Origin: a virus
IMG/VR virus record: IMGVR_UViG_3300047476_000597
Coordinates: 1 to 64,000 of that record
Length of the DNA stretch: 64,000 nt
Direction: 5' to 3' (one strand)
Translations under genes and position numbers: made by a program
The notes under the pieces: model-generated
Seen by the model: only the letters and a program-made list of their open reading frames with translations
Told to the model about the DNA's origin: nothing
The model's database searches: none
Shown: positions 40,101 through 49,690 of the stretch, one piece after another
Layout of the letters: each line of letters starts with the position of its first letter
How positions within the stretch are numbered: position 1 is the stretch's first letter

Positions 40101-42311
40101 CTAATGATTCCAATATGTTGTTAATACTCCTTCTGCGTCCATCTTTACTTTACTACAGTACATCTGAGCTCCTACTTTCATTAGAGTTTCTATCAGCTGT
40201 CTGCCTTGTTCTCCGTACTCTTCTTTTACTTCTGCAAGACTCTCATCGTGTATTAGGTTAATGAGCCATATCTTATCACGTAGATTATTCTCTATTTGAT
40301 ATTTTCTGAACAGAACACCAAACGTCTTAGTTTGACTACCGGCCTGGCCCTGAATACGGTAATTTTGGGCGCACCTTTTGAGGGATCCTTCTATTATTGC
40401 ATACAGTTTTACTAGATTACTGAACCCTGGGTGTTTATTCTCAGCCTCTTCTTTAGCTGCTTGTTTATCATGGTATTTCATATTTTGGTAGTTACTAGGC
40501 AATATTTCCGCTATTTTATTTTTAGCTTCTAGCATACGTTCATAGTCCGGTTCCCAGTATCTTCTACCAGTTATTGAATCTATATCTATGTATCCATGCT
40601 CCAGTGCTTCTCTATGACTGTCATCAAAATACTGTTTGAGGCCAGGAAAGGCTTCTAGGTAGCTGTCTATAAACTTCTGAGCAGTATCTTTATCCACATT
40701 AAGATCATCTTTTAATGTGAATGCGCTTCCACCATATATAATCTTGAATGACAAACTCTTAGCATCATTACGTTCTTTTGGGTGTGTACTCTTACTAATG
40801 AGTAGATTAGGGTCACTACGCAGTACTCTGAATAGTTTAGTAGCTGTCATACTGTGATAGTCTTTACCATGAATAGGATCTCCTTCATTAAAAAACCGTA
40901 ACATAGTAGGGTCTCCAGATACATCAGCTACTATTCGAGCTTCTTGTGATGAATAGTCACAATTTACTATTTTACAACCAGCTGCAGCTGTAAAGGCTTT
41001 TCTGTAATCAGAATCTGAAGGTACGTTTTGAAGATTTGGCCCCCTAGAACTCATCCTTCCCGTATTAAGAATTTGCTTATATGATGTGTGTACACGGCCT
41101 GTTATAGGGTGTATATATTTCAACCAGTCTTTACCGAATGTAGTTACACACTGTTCTGATACCTTGAATAACAGATAGTTGAGTATTAGATCTTTCTCTT
41201 CTACGATGTCTGTCTCTTTATCATCATTGTATCGTTCTTTATACGGCCCATCTAGTAGCTTAGTAAGACTCTTAGCACCAGCTGTATACTCCATTTTGCC
41301 TGTCTGTTTACTCTTTTCCATAGGACAGAATCCTAGGTGCCGAAACAGCTCAATAACCTGCTTACTACTGGTCCATTGTATGCTACATGTATACTCAGCT
41401 CGGAACATATCAGGGGGTGCACAGAATGACCTATGATTAGCTACTACCCAGTCATCTAGTTTCTTCTTACGATGATTGTATATCAGTAGATTCTTCTCAT
41501 AGGTACGTAGCCATTGCTCTTTATCAAACTCCATACCCTTCAGTTCTATATCAGCCAGCACTAAACAGAACTCATTCTCTAGCTGGTGTACAACAACCGG
41601 ATTATACCCTCTAAAACCCTTCAGCTGTTTATCTCTGATATACAGAGGATAGATGATGTCATCAGCACCATATAGTATCTGAGATTCTGTGAATGGAGTA
41701 TCTCTGATTGTCAGGAACCCTTTACGTATTCTCTTATCTATATACAGCTGTTCAGTATCTTCTTCTCCTGTATCTTCTGTGAATAGGTCTCTCTCTTGTA
41801 CAGCTGCAACACCTAGGTATCTGTTAGCCATTGCTTCCAGAGAATAGCTGAATCCTTTCGGGTTGGTTTTACTCTTACCTAGGCCGTTTGTAAGATTTTG
41901 CTCTACTAACATGACGTCCCATATATACCAGAATAGAATACCGTAGTTGTGTAATAGATGTTTAGCCTCGAACCGAATATTAGCACCTACCCACAACCGG
42001 CTCTTATCAGAAAACAGAGGTTTCAATGGTTCTATATCAACAGTACGAGTGTCTATAACATAGACACGTTCTTTAGTGCCTATCTGGAGCATGACCACAG
42101 CTGACAGGTATGGGTCTAGTCCTGGCTGATACACATTTTCATTACGGTATGTATTCAGTCTATAACGTCTTGTAGTTTCAATATCAATCGCCAGTATACT
42201 ATGTTGAGAACAGTACTCATAACACTCATCTATTGTTGCATATACTATCTTCCTAGAGTACTGTTCATTCTTAGGACCAATGAACCTAATCTCTGCTTCT
42301 GGTATTTTCAT
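40101..42311 (-). CDS. polA: Family A DNA polymerase with 3'-5' exonuclease domain
   Basis: AIDIETT, YGADD, TGRMSS..PNLQNVP, motif A DYSSQEAR, motif B RNDAKSLSFKIIYG, NYRIQG, motif C IHDE. Confidence 0.95.
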   Translation of the reverse strand: MKIPEAEIRFIGPKNEQYSRKIVYATIDECYEYCSQHSILAIDIETTRRYRLNTYRNENVYQPGLDPYLSAVVMLQIGTKERVYVIDTRTVDIEPLKPLFSDKSRLWVGANIRFEAKHLLHNYGILFWYIWDVMLVEQNLTNGLGKSKTNPKGFSYSLEAMANRYLGVAAVQERDLFTEDTGEEDTEQLYIDKRIRKGFLTIRDTPFTESQILYGADDIIYPLYIRDKQLKGFRGYNPVVVHQLENEFCLVLADIELKGMEFDKEQWLRTYEKNLLIYNHRKKKLDDWVVANHRSFCAPPDMFRAEYTCSIQWTSSKQVIELFRHLGFCPMEKSKQTGKMEYTAGAKSLTKLLDGPYKERYNDDKETDIVEEKDLILNYLLFKVSEQCVTTFGKDWLKYIHPITGRVHTSYKQILNTGRMSSRGPNLQNVPSDSDYRKAFTAAAGCKIVNCDYSSQEARIVADVSGDPTMLRFFNEGDPIHGKDYHSMTATKLFRVLRSDPNLLISKSTHPKERNDAKSLSFKIIYGGSAFTLKDDLNVDKDTAQKFIDSYLEAFPGLKQYFDDSHREALEHGYIDIDSITGRRYWEPDYERMLEAKNKIAEILPSNYQNMKYHDKQAAKEEAENKHPGFSNLVKLYAIIEGSLKRCAQNYRIQGQAGSQTKTFGVLFRKYQIENNLRDKIWLINLIHDESLAEVKEEYGEQGRQLIETLMKVGAQMYCSKVKMDAEGVLTTYWNH

Positions 42312-42322
42312 GTTTTTGTTTA

Positions 42323-43669
42323 TTAGTCCATTATATAGTCAGCTGGTGTATTATCTACCTGTTCTGCTTGGTCTATTTTTTCTTGTACTATTTTGTTTAA
42401 AAGATCATAATACAGGTCTAACCATTTAACAGTCTCAGCTCTACATCTTTCTATTTCTTTTTCATAGTCTTTTATTATGTGATTATGTGCTATATTACAC
42501 ACTATTAAAACTACTATTGCTGTTATTGTTGCTGCAAACATTTCCATATTATTGTTCTTTTTTGTTGTATCTACTAGAAAGATATTCTCTCATGTACTTT
42601 TGTTGTTCTGGTGATAGATTAGACAGATCTATTATAGGCTCTAACATGTTCTTCAGCTGGTCTATTTGTTGCTCTAAAGTATCTATTAGCTTATCTGCAT
42701 TCTTTTCTAGATTCTTGTAGGACTGTATTTGTTCTTCGTAGTCAGTCACCATCTTATTATAGCTGATTATAAACATAGCTACAACCCAACCAAAACCTGT
42801 TACTAAAATTCCTAATATTATTGTCTCTACTGTATTCATGATTTTTCTTTTTTATTGATTACCTCTATTTCAGCAAAAAGAAAAGAGCCAGCTATTAGTG
42901 CGAACAAACATAAGAACCTTGGAAACTCTCCCCATGTCCTAGGATCAAAAGACCAAAACAAAAAAGATGCTGCTGGATATATAATAGCTGCTATTATTAC
43001 TAAGAGTACTATTATCCTTTTTATTGTTATTGATTGCATAGTTGTTCTTTTCTTTTGTTAAAAATTACTGTAGTATCTACTAGCTGTTTGTCTAACAGCT
43101 GTAGGGTTTTGTGTTGTACTATTGTTACCCCTTCAGGGTTAGAGAAAAGCTGATCTAGTTGTAGTTTTTCTATCTCATTCTCTGGAGTAAGAGCTATCTG
43201 GGTGATTCCATTACTTAATATATGTACTTTCATATTGTTTTCTTTTGTAGTTAAAAAAGAACACTAGGAGAGTAGTTATCTCTCAATAGTGTATTAGTTA
43301 TGCTTGTTCTGGTATTGTTACTATACGATAGTTGTCATCTGTTAGCAGCTTTTCAGTTTGTCTTATAGTCATAGCTGTTATGGTAGCTGTTGCCAATTTT
43401 TCACACATCATAGCTAGTTCATGTTGCTTACGTAGTTGTTCACGTAATTGACGGATCTCAGTCAGCAGCCTCTTACTTTCTTGCTGTGCAGCTGTTCTAA
43501 TAGCTTTTTTCCTCTTATCACTAGCATAGGGACTGGCTATACCATTACGAATATACGTAGATTCTATAAACTCTCTACTAGGAGCTGGTTTAGGAGTTGG
43601 TGTGTATGCCATATTACCTATTGCGAATATGGTACCTGAGAATACGAGTACTGCTTTTGTGTTTTTCAT
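42323..43669 (-). other. Five small CDS, several with N-terminal TM helices (42323..42547, 42549..42839, 42836..43039, 43027..43233, 43298..43669)
   Basis: ORF track; hydrophobic N-termini. Confidence 0.65.
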
Positions 43670-43775
43670 TTTGTTTCTGTTTTTAGTTTGTTAATCAATG
43701 AATACCCAAGATGGGACATCTAGCTCTATTGCTAGTACTGATATTACTTCTTGTATACTACTCATAGTTTTGTTT

Positions 43776-44525
43776 TTAGAGATTCTTTTTAATCTTTTCA
43801 ATGCAACCCATATATCCAGCGCAATCTACTAGACTGTCTACATGATTACCGTTATCTTTGTTAGCCCTACATATCTTTAACCATGCCATCATTAAACATA
43901 CCTGCTCTGGTGTGACAGCTGTATGTACTATTGTAGACCAACCAGTAGCTATATCTGCAAAATTCTCTGATGCACTACCATACTCTTTTTCCCGGTCTCC
44001 ATATATAAGACCTTTAGCTGTATCTAAAATAGTATGACCAGCTGCAGTACTGTTTATTGAGTCTGTTTTTGTTGTTTTTTGTCTATCAGCTGCTCTTTCT
44101 ATTACTTCTAGTATTTGTGGTCTGTACCAGTACCAGTCTGTTTTATCAGGCAACCACAGCTGAACATCTCCATGAGTACCTATTATTTTTACTTCTTGTG
44201 GCTGTCCCATGCATAGTTCCATTGCACCATTCCAACCATGAATACCATTATCCTTGCTTATTACTCTTACTATATCACCCGGTTGTAGCTGTAACCTATC
44301 TGGTGCTTCTTGGTTTGTTTCTTCTAGGAGTATACACTGTGGTTTGCTATGTTTAGGCCAGAAAGGAATAGCCTTTACTCCATTATCCATTTTTACTAAC
44401 CATACAGCTCCATCATCATCTAGTACTGTTCCTTCATTAATACCACCTCTTACGTATTTTGGATTATCATCTATATACTCATCTGTCAGTTTTACTTTTC
44501 TACCTATGTAGCTTGTTGTGCTCAT
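43776..44525 (-). CDS. SH3-like repeats fused to a C-terminal DUF6378-like domain
   Basis: ILDTAKGLIYGDREKEYG..ENF..IA..WS..VCLMMAWLKICR..DSLVDCAGY. Confidence 0.7.
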   Translation of the reverse strand: MSTTSYIGRKVKLTDEYIDDNPKYVRGGINEGTVLDDDGAVWLVKMDNGVKAIPFWPKHSKPQCILLEETNQEAPDRLQLQPGDIVRVISKDNGIHGWNGAMELCMGQPQEVKIIGTHGDVQLWLPDKTDWYWYRPQILEVIERAADRQKTTKTDSINSTAAGHTILDTAKGLIYGDREKEYGSASENFADIATGWSTIVHTAVTPEQVCLMMAWLKICRANKDNGNHVDSLVDCAGYMGCIEKIKKNL

Positions 44526-44537
44526 TGTTTTATGTTT

Positions 44538-44867
44538 TTAGTTGTTTACTTCATAGATTCCTAACCATATGTCTCCATTATCAGCTACATAGCTGCCTGC
44601 TATAGAGAACACCGGTTTTCTTGTTTGTTGTTTCAGCTGCACTAATCCCCAATCTACCAATAGCTGGTTGTTACATAGCCAGTTGTAGTACCATTCTTCA
44701 TGCTTGATTATATACCTGAATGTTTTCCCTGAGAACTTGCCATATGGTAGGACTGCATCTAGGTTATACTCATGTATCCTGTGGTCCATTGGAGTACCTT
44801 TCTTATACTGTACTGGTTGTGTACTCGTATTTGTATTGACAGCTGCTGGTTTTTTGGGTAGTTTCAT
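44538..44867 (-). CDS. DUF3820 / ExoX C-terminal-like small domain protein
   Basis: LPYGKFSGK..I..YYNWL motif. Confidence 0.55.
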   Translation of the reverse strand: MKLPKKPAAVNTNTSTQPVQYKKGTPMDHRIHEYNLDAVLPYGKFSGKTFRYIIKHEEWYYNWLCNNQLLVDWGLVQLKQQTRKPVFSIAGSYVADNGDIWLGIYEVNN

Positions 44868-45120
44868 AGTACTCTTTTATTTTGTAGTATGTACGCAATA
44901 TTTCTATTCTGTCATCTGTTACTGCTTTATGCATATGCTCTATTGAGTTATACTTTATCATTACAGCTGTGTATCGTTCTCTTATATCAGTTCTTGCTTT
45001 GTGTATTTCTTCTTGTATACCAGCTATCTGTCCTGTCTTATTAGCTACATACATTGCCATACAACCATTTAATATTGTTACAATTGCTGATATTATTAGC
45101 ACTGCTATTTCTATTGTCAT
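44803..45120 (-). CDS. Hypothetical membrane-anchored protein
   Basis: N-terminal TM segment. Confidence 0.6.
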   Translation of the reverse strand: MTIEIAVLIISAIVTILNGCMAMYVANKTGQIAGIQEEIHKARTDIRERYTAVMIKYNSIEHMHKAVTDDRIEILRTYYKIKEYYETTQKTSSCQYKYEYTTSTV

Positions 45121-45285
45121 TATGTTGTGTTTTTGTTGTTATTTTTTTCTTTATACCCTACACTTAAACATACAACGAGTAACAGGCTACCTGTTATCCA
45201 GTGATTATTCATATACAGAGCTGTTGAGCATATTATATCTACTACTACGATTGTTCATATTAGTATTTTCATTATATTGTGTTTT

Positions 45286-45323
45286 AAAAAAGACTCCTGC
45301 TACCATATAGATAACAGGAGTCT
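45286..45323 (-). terminator. Intrinsic terminator
   Basis: AGACTCCTG/CAGGAGTCT stem plus T-run on the minus strand. Confidence 0.7.
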
Positions 45324-45339
45324 ATTGCTGAATATACTA

Positions 45340-45711
45340 TTAGTCTTGTACCCTCATTGCTTTCCAGTTTGGAAACAGTTGGTTTCTATACTCTTTCAGA
45401 CGAGCCAGACCTTTTTCATAACCTTCTATTTCTTGGTCTTTTTTAGCCAGTTCTGACCAATCTACACTAGTAGTATCTAACATGGTCTCACGGAATCTAC
45501 GAGTTTTGTCCAGTTGTCTAGCAGTTTTTTCGATACTATCTGACAATGTACTCAGGTTGTCCACACAGGCATACTGCAGCTGTTGTTCTTCTCTCTCCTG
45601 GGCAGATTGTTTCAGGATCTGTTCGTAGGTTAACACTGGTGCCGTAGCTACTACTGTTTTCGATGTTGCTGATACAGCTGTCTTGTTGCGGTTGTTGTTT
45701 GTTGTTGCCAT
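45340..45711 (-). CDS. Coiled-coil hypothetical protein
   Basis: ORF track; 5' end overlaps the upstream ORF by 176 nt. Confidence 0.75.
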   Translation of the reverse strand: MATTNNNRNKTAVSATSKTVVATAPVLTYEQILKQSAQEREEQQLQYACVDNLSTLSDSIEKTARQLDKTRRFRETMLDTTSVDWSELAKKDQEIEGYEKGLARLKEYRNQLFPNWKAMRVQD

Positions 45712-47203
45712 TGTTTGTTGTTTGGTTTTTTGTTTTGTTATTAGTTGTATTATCGTCTTTTTCTTTACTGCTTTTTGGCCACGATCTGTGGTCTGGTACC
45801 CAGTGACCAGAGTTTATGTATTCATCTATTTCTTTTGCTGTGTAGTCCCAATCAGTGAGACCTTTTGCTGTTTCTACTTTGTATAGATTGTTTGAGTGTT
45901 CTCTTATATACCAACCACCAGAGTTATCCCCTGGTATACAGTACTTATCACTTACTTTCCATTTTCTATTAGCTGTCTCTTTCTGCTTACTAATATATTC
46001 TTCAGCAGCTTCAAAGGTACTGAACAGCAGTTTATTATGGTCTTTATGGTTCTCTTTATCTGTATGCAGTACTTTATTACCATTTTCATTACCATACCAG
46101 CTACCGTCTGGATTCAGCCACCATACTATATCCCCTTCATACACTCTAACACCATCAGTAGTAACAATAAACCATTTCTCTACAGCTGGTTCTTCTGTGT
46201 AGTGTACTATATCAACACCGGTACCATTTTCTCCACTAAACATAGCTGTTCTATCTCCACTATCAAGATTTACCCAGTAAAGAGAATCAGTAGTAAAAGC
46301 CATATTGTCTACAGTTCCTATACATCCTTCGTAAGCACCTCTTACAACCTTTACTCTATCACCTTCCTTGAACATCCTTTTTTTTACAGCTGCTTGCTCT
46401 GCTTGGTTGTCTGGTGCTGTGAGGATCTGTTTCCAGAGTTCGTAGGGTACTATTGGTAGTTCTGTATTAGCATTACTATAGTTATGAGAGTCTATACGTT
46501 TTGAGTTTTTTACATGGTACCATTTATGAGCACCAGATATACCATTACGCTTTCTCATACTATTAAAAAACTCAACAAACTCTGTATTATCTTCACCTGG
46601 CCACGGATTCTCTACATAATACTCATCTGGTAGTACATCACCATCCCATATGTATGATTCTGGTTTACCAAGAGCTACAGGCTTATCTTGTGTAACAGAT
46701 GCTATTTCTTCAGGAGTAGCTGGTCTTAGGTTTTTTGCTGTGTAGTTTATCCTATATTTATTAGGAGATATTGGGACTTCTGCTCCATTATTTAAAGCTG
46801 TTACTATACATCCTCCAGTTTCTTTATCTACTGGTATTTGTACTATATATCCTACAGCTTCTTGTTTACGACTCCAATCAGTAGTTAATATATGCTCTGT
46901 TACTACCACCCAATCACCTATTTCATACTCTATTGTTCCTTGATACTGTTGTAAGAACTGAGCAGCTGTTAGTGTATCAGATTGGTACTTACTACCTCTC
47001 AACAGTGTTTTATTGTTTTCTGTAATCACTACAGGTAGAATATCCTCCTCTGCATACTCTTTTACAGTTTCAGTAGGAGTACTGCCACTACCCCACATCC
47101 ATCCAGCATCTTCAAACACCTGCATTACATCTTTCCATTCTTGTTCCCCATTGAGGGTTATCCTTAATCCTTCAGGAATAGGAGGAGCGTTTGTTCTTTT
47201 CAT
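45536..47203 (-). CDS. Mosaic multi-domain hypothetical protein (SH3/KOW-like modules)
   Basis: YEIGDWVVV..LRPATPEEI, FKEGDRVKVV, TTDGVRVYEGD modules. Confidence 0.75.
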   Translation of the reverse strand: MKRTNAPPIPEGLRITLNGEQEWKDVMQVFEDAGWMWGSGSTPTETVKEYAEEDILPVVITENNKTLLRGSKYQSDTLTAAQFLQQYQGTIEYEIGDWVVVTEHILTTDWSRKQEAVGYIVQIPVDKETGGCIVTALNNGAEVPISPNKYRINYTAKNLRPATPEEIASVTQDKPVALGKPESYIWDGDVLPDEYYVENPWPGEDNTEFVEFFNSMRKRNGISGAHKWYHVKNSKRIDSHNYSNANTELPIVPYELWKQILTAPDNQAEQAAVKKRMFKEGDRVKVVRGAYEGCIGTVDNMAFTTDSLYWVNLDSGDRTAMFSGENGTGVDIVHYTEEPAVEKWFIVTTDGVRVYEGDIVWWLNPDGSWYGNENGNKVLHTDKENHKDHNKLLFSTFEAAEEYISKQKETANRKWKVSDKYCIPGDNSGGWYIREHSNNLYKVETAKGLTDWDYTAKEIDEYINSGHWVPDHRSWPKSSKEKDDNTTNNKTKNQTTNNGNNKQQPQQDSCISNIENSSSYGTSVNLRTDPETICPGERRTTAAVCLCGQPEYIVR

Positions 47204-47420
47204 ATTGGTTGTTTTTATTCGTTAACAATAGTATTACTATCTTGTTCTGTGTCTAGCACATACCCTCAGCGCATATAACTATCAGCAGCAGTTGCAGGAT
47301 GTATTTGCTCATTTTCTCTACTGTATTTTTTACCTATTGACCAACCAGAACCATAACCGTCGTCATAACCAGCTCTATAGGCTTCTCTTATTAGATTGTA
47401 CACATCTTTGCTTACAGCTG

Positions 47421-49002
47421 TCATATCGTTTGGTTTTGTTTTTTCTGTTCAATATACGTAATAACATCTTCTATATCCTCATCAGAGAGATACGTAATAT
47501 TCTCTAGTATAACATGGATACTGTTGATGTAGTCTTCAGCCAGATCTTTTGCTATAGTGTTCCAGGTGCCGGGTTCAATAACCTTCATCATCTTAGGTAT
47601 CATACTGTCCAGCTGTCTCATAGTGTCTGCAGCTACTACAGTGAGATCTACGAATCCTGTAGCTTTGTTCTTTTTAGCCTGTTCTCTGTAGAATAACAAG
47701 GTCTCACTAGTGCGTATGTCATCCAGAGTCTTTCTGAACAGCTGTCTTTCTATGAACAGTCTCTTATAAGAGTCAGCTAGTATCTTTCGTCTGGTCTCAG
47801 TAATCTGTGAGTAGTCCGTTATCTTCATTGTCTGTTTTCTTTGTGTATTTTAATAAGAGCCCATAATAGTACAGCTAACAGTAAAAAAGCAGCTGCACCC
47901 ACTGTCTGTATTATTGTGTTTTTATCTACGTATTGTATTGTGATATATAGTGTCATGTTATTTGTTTTTAACCAGTTTCCATATACAATACAGCTGGTGT
48001 GTTGTTAATTCTGTATATGTTCCTTGTCTACCAAGATAATCATCTGATGCTTCTCCATTAACCCACATAGGGGGACTACTAGACCATCCATTTTCACATA
48101 GCCAATCAGCAAACTCAATAGCATTATTAGCTTCTTTTTGTTCTTGCCACTTTACTCCTTTGTGGAAAGATTCTGATGCAACTATTTGATTATCTGGAAA
48201 AGCATAATATTTTTTCCATTTATCTGCAGCTGCTTCTATTGTCTCTTTATTCATATCCTAGATCTTTTAGTGCTTGTTTGTAACCTTCTTCATAACCACA
48301 ACAATAATCTTGCTTGGCCCATTCTTCTTTTTGCTCATCATGTAGCTCTGTATTAAAACTACCAGCTAACCATTCTGTAGCCGATTCTTCTGCTTTCTTT
48401 TCTATCTCTTCATCAGTAGGAATAGATGGTTTGTCAATACTCTTGTGTATCAGTTTACTATTTCGAGGTTTGATTGGTTCAAAATCAACACCATCATATG
48501 CAGATATAGGAAACTCTAATAGTAGATTACCTTGACGATCAACATCAGGTTCTGTATTATCGCTACAATTACAATGTGTTTGTTTTTCGCACCCTGATAA
48601 AGAGTCGCCATTCTTACACCAATAAAGCATATCAACACTACCTTCTCCAGGTGTACCAGCATCTATCCAAGCTTGTATTGTTTCTTTAGAGATTGGTAGA
48701 GTACCTTCTATCTGTGGATAACTAGCTATTATTTTCTTTACCCAACATCTAGGTATACAGCCACCAGACCTACTGATTATAGCTTTATCAAAGCCTTCAG
48801 TAATATCTTTCTCTAAAAAAGAATCTCCTGATTGTATCTCATCATCACTAAGAACTAGCAGCTGTTGTGCTTGCCAATCTACATCTATGCAGCTTTTTAT
48901 TGCTATAGAATACTCTTTGTTTGTATTATCAAACAATAGATCACCCTCACTCCAACGTTTCTTATTCAGTGGAATAGTTACTATCTGTACTGTCTTTTTC
49001 AT
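47421..49002 (-). other. Three hypothetical CDS (47421..47828, 47958..48254, 48247..49002)
   Basis: ORF track. Confidence 0.65.
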
Positions 49003-49038
49003 GTTTATTGTTTTTTAGTGTAAAGATATAATAAGAAT

Positions 49039-49075
49039 AAAAAAGAGAGTAGTGATCGAACAACACTGCTCTCTT
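49039..49075 (-). terminator. Terminator downstream of the tmRNA
   Basis: AAGAGAG.AGTG/CACT.CTCTCTT stem plus T-run. Confidence 0.65.
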
Positions 49076-49142
49076 AGTTTGTCGGCATACGTTTGTCAGG
49101 AGACAACACTCATGTATACCTGTATAGCCATGGCAGCTATTG

Positions 49143-49519
49143 TGGAACCGACGGGAGTCGAACCCGTGTCCAAACGATTTTCCTCTCAAAAAAGTTACGA
49201 CTATGACTTGTTTTTACTCTGCTGTCTTCAGAGATGCTTGTGTAGCTGTTATGTTATTCGGACAACTGCTACTGTACTTTTCCTTCCCTGTGAGTTATAC
49301 ACTCAGGTATGTGTTTTGAATTAGGCTGCTACTGCAAACTCACCATACATTACTGGAGCATTTGCAAAAGCAAGATTAATTAGTCTTGCACCTTCTTCTT
49401 GACGAGCAACTTTTTTGTTGTTTGCATCTATTGTTTGAATCTATTTATTTAAAGGACTACATCCTTGTCCTTAGTCGCCTTTTCTACTATACTAGTCGCT
49501 GTCAAAACCAAACGGCCCC
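49143..49519 (-). ncRNA. ssrA: tmRNA
   Basis: 5' GGGGCCG..TTTGACAG, 3' T-arm GGGTTCGACTCCC and CGGTTCCA; G3.U70 alanine identity; tag ORF 49321..49425 after ATAGAT ending FAVAA-stop. Confidence 0.93.
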
Positions 49520-49545
49520 ATATTGTTTTACTAGTTTAATGAAAA

Positions 49546-49553
49546 CAAAGATA
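49546..49553 (-). promoter_or_regulatory. Bacteroidetes-type -7 promoter box for the tmRNA
   Basis: TATCTTTG about 27 nt upstream of the mature 5' end. Confidence 0.65.
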
Positions 49554-49690
49554 CGCTAATTCCTGTAGCTGTCACAATATATACCATTTCATACAGCTGA
49601 TCATCTTCTGAGAATGGTATCAGGTAGCTGTCTATGTTGTATATGCACCAGATATTAAGGTATCTTTGTTTAGTTGTCATATTGTTTATA

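Noticed and set aside
40101-42311. Intein or intron in PolA, DnaB or RecA
   Set aside because: Motif spacing and lengths are normal; no intein termini
47215-47424. Small ORF MTAVSKDV..SYMR-TGA followed by 16 more open codons (possible TGA readthrough)
   Set aside because: TGA is a frequent genuine stop here; a short open tail is expected by chance
48962-49324. ORFs 48962..49189 (-) and 49052..49324 (+)
   Set aside because: They overlap the tmRNA and its terminator
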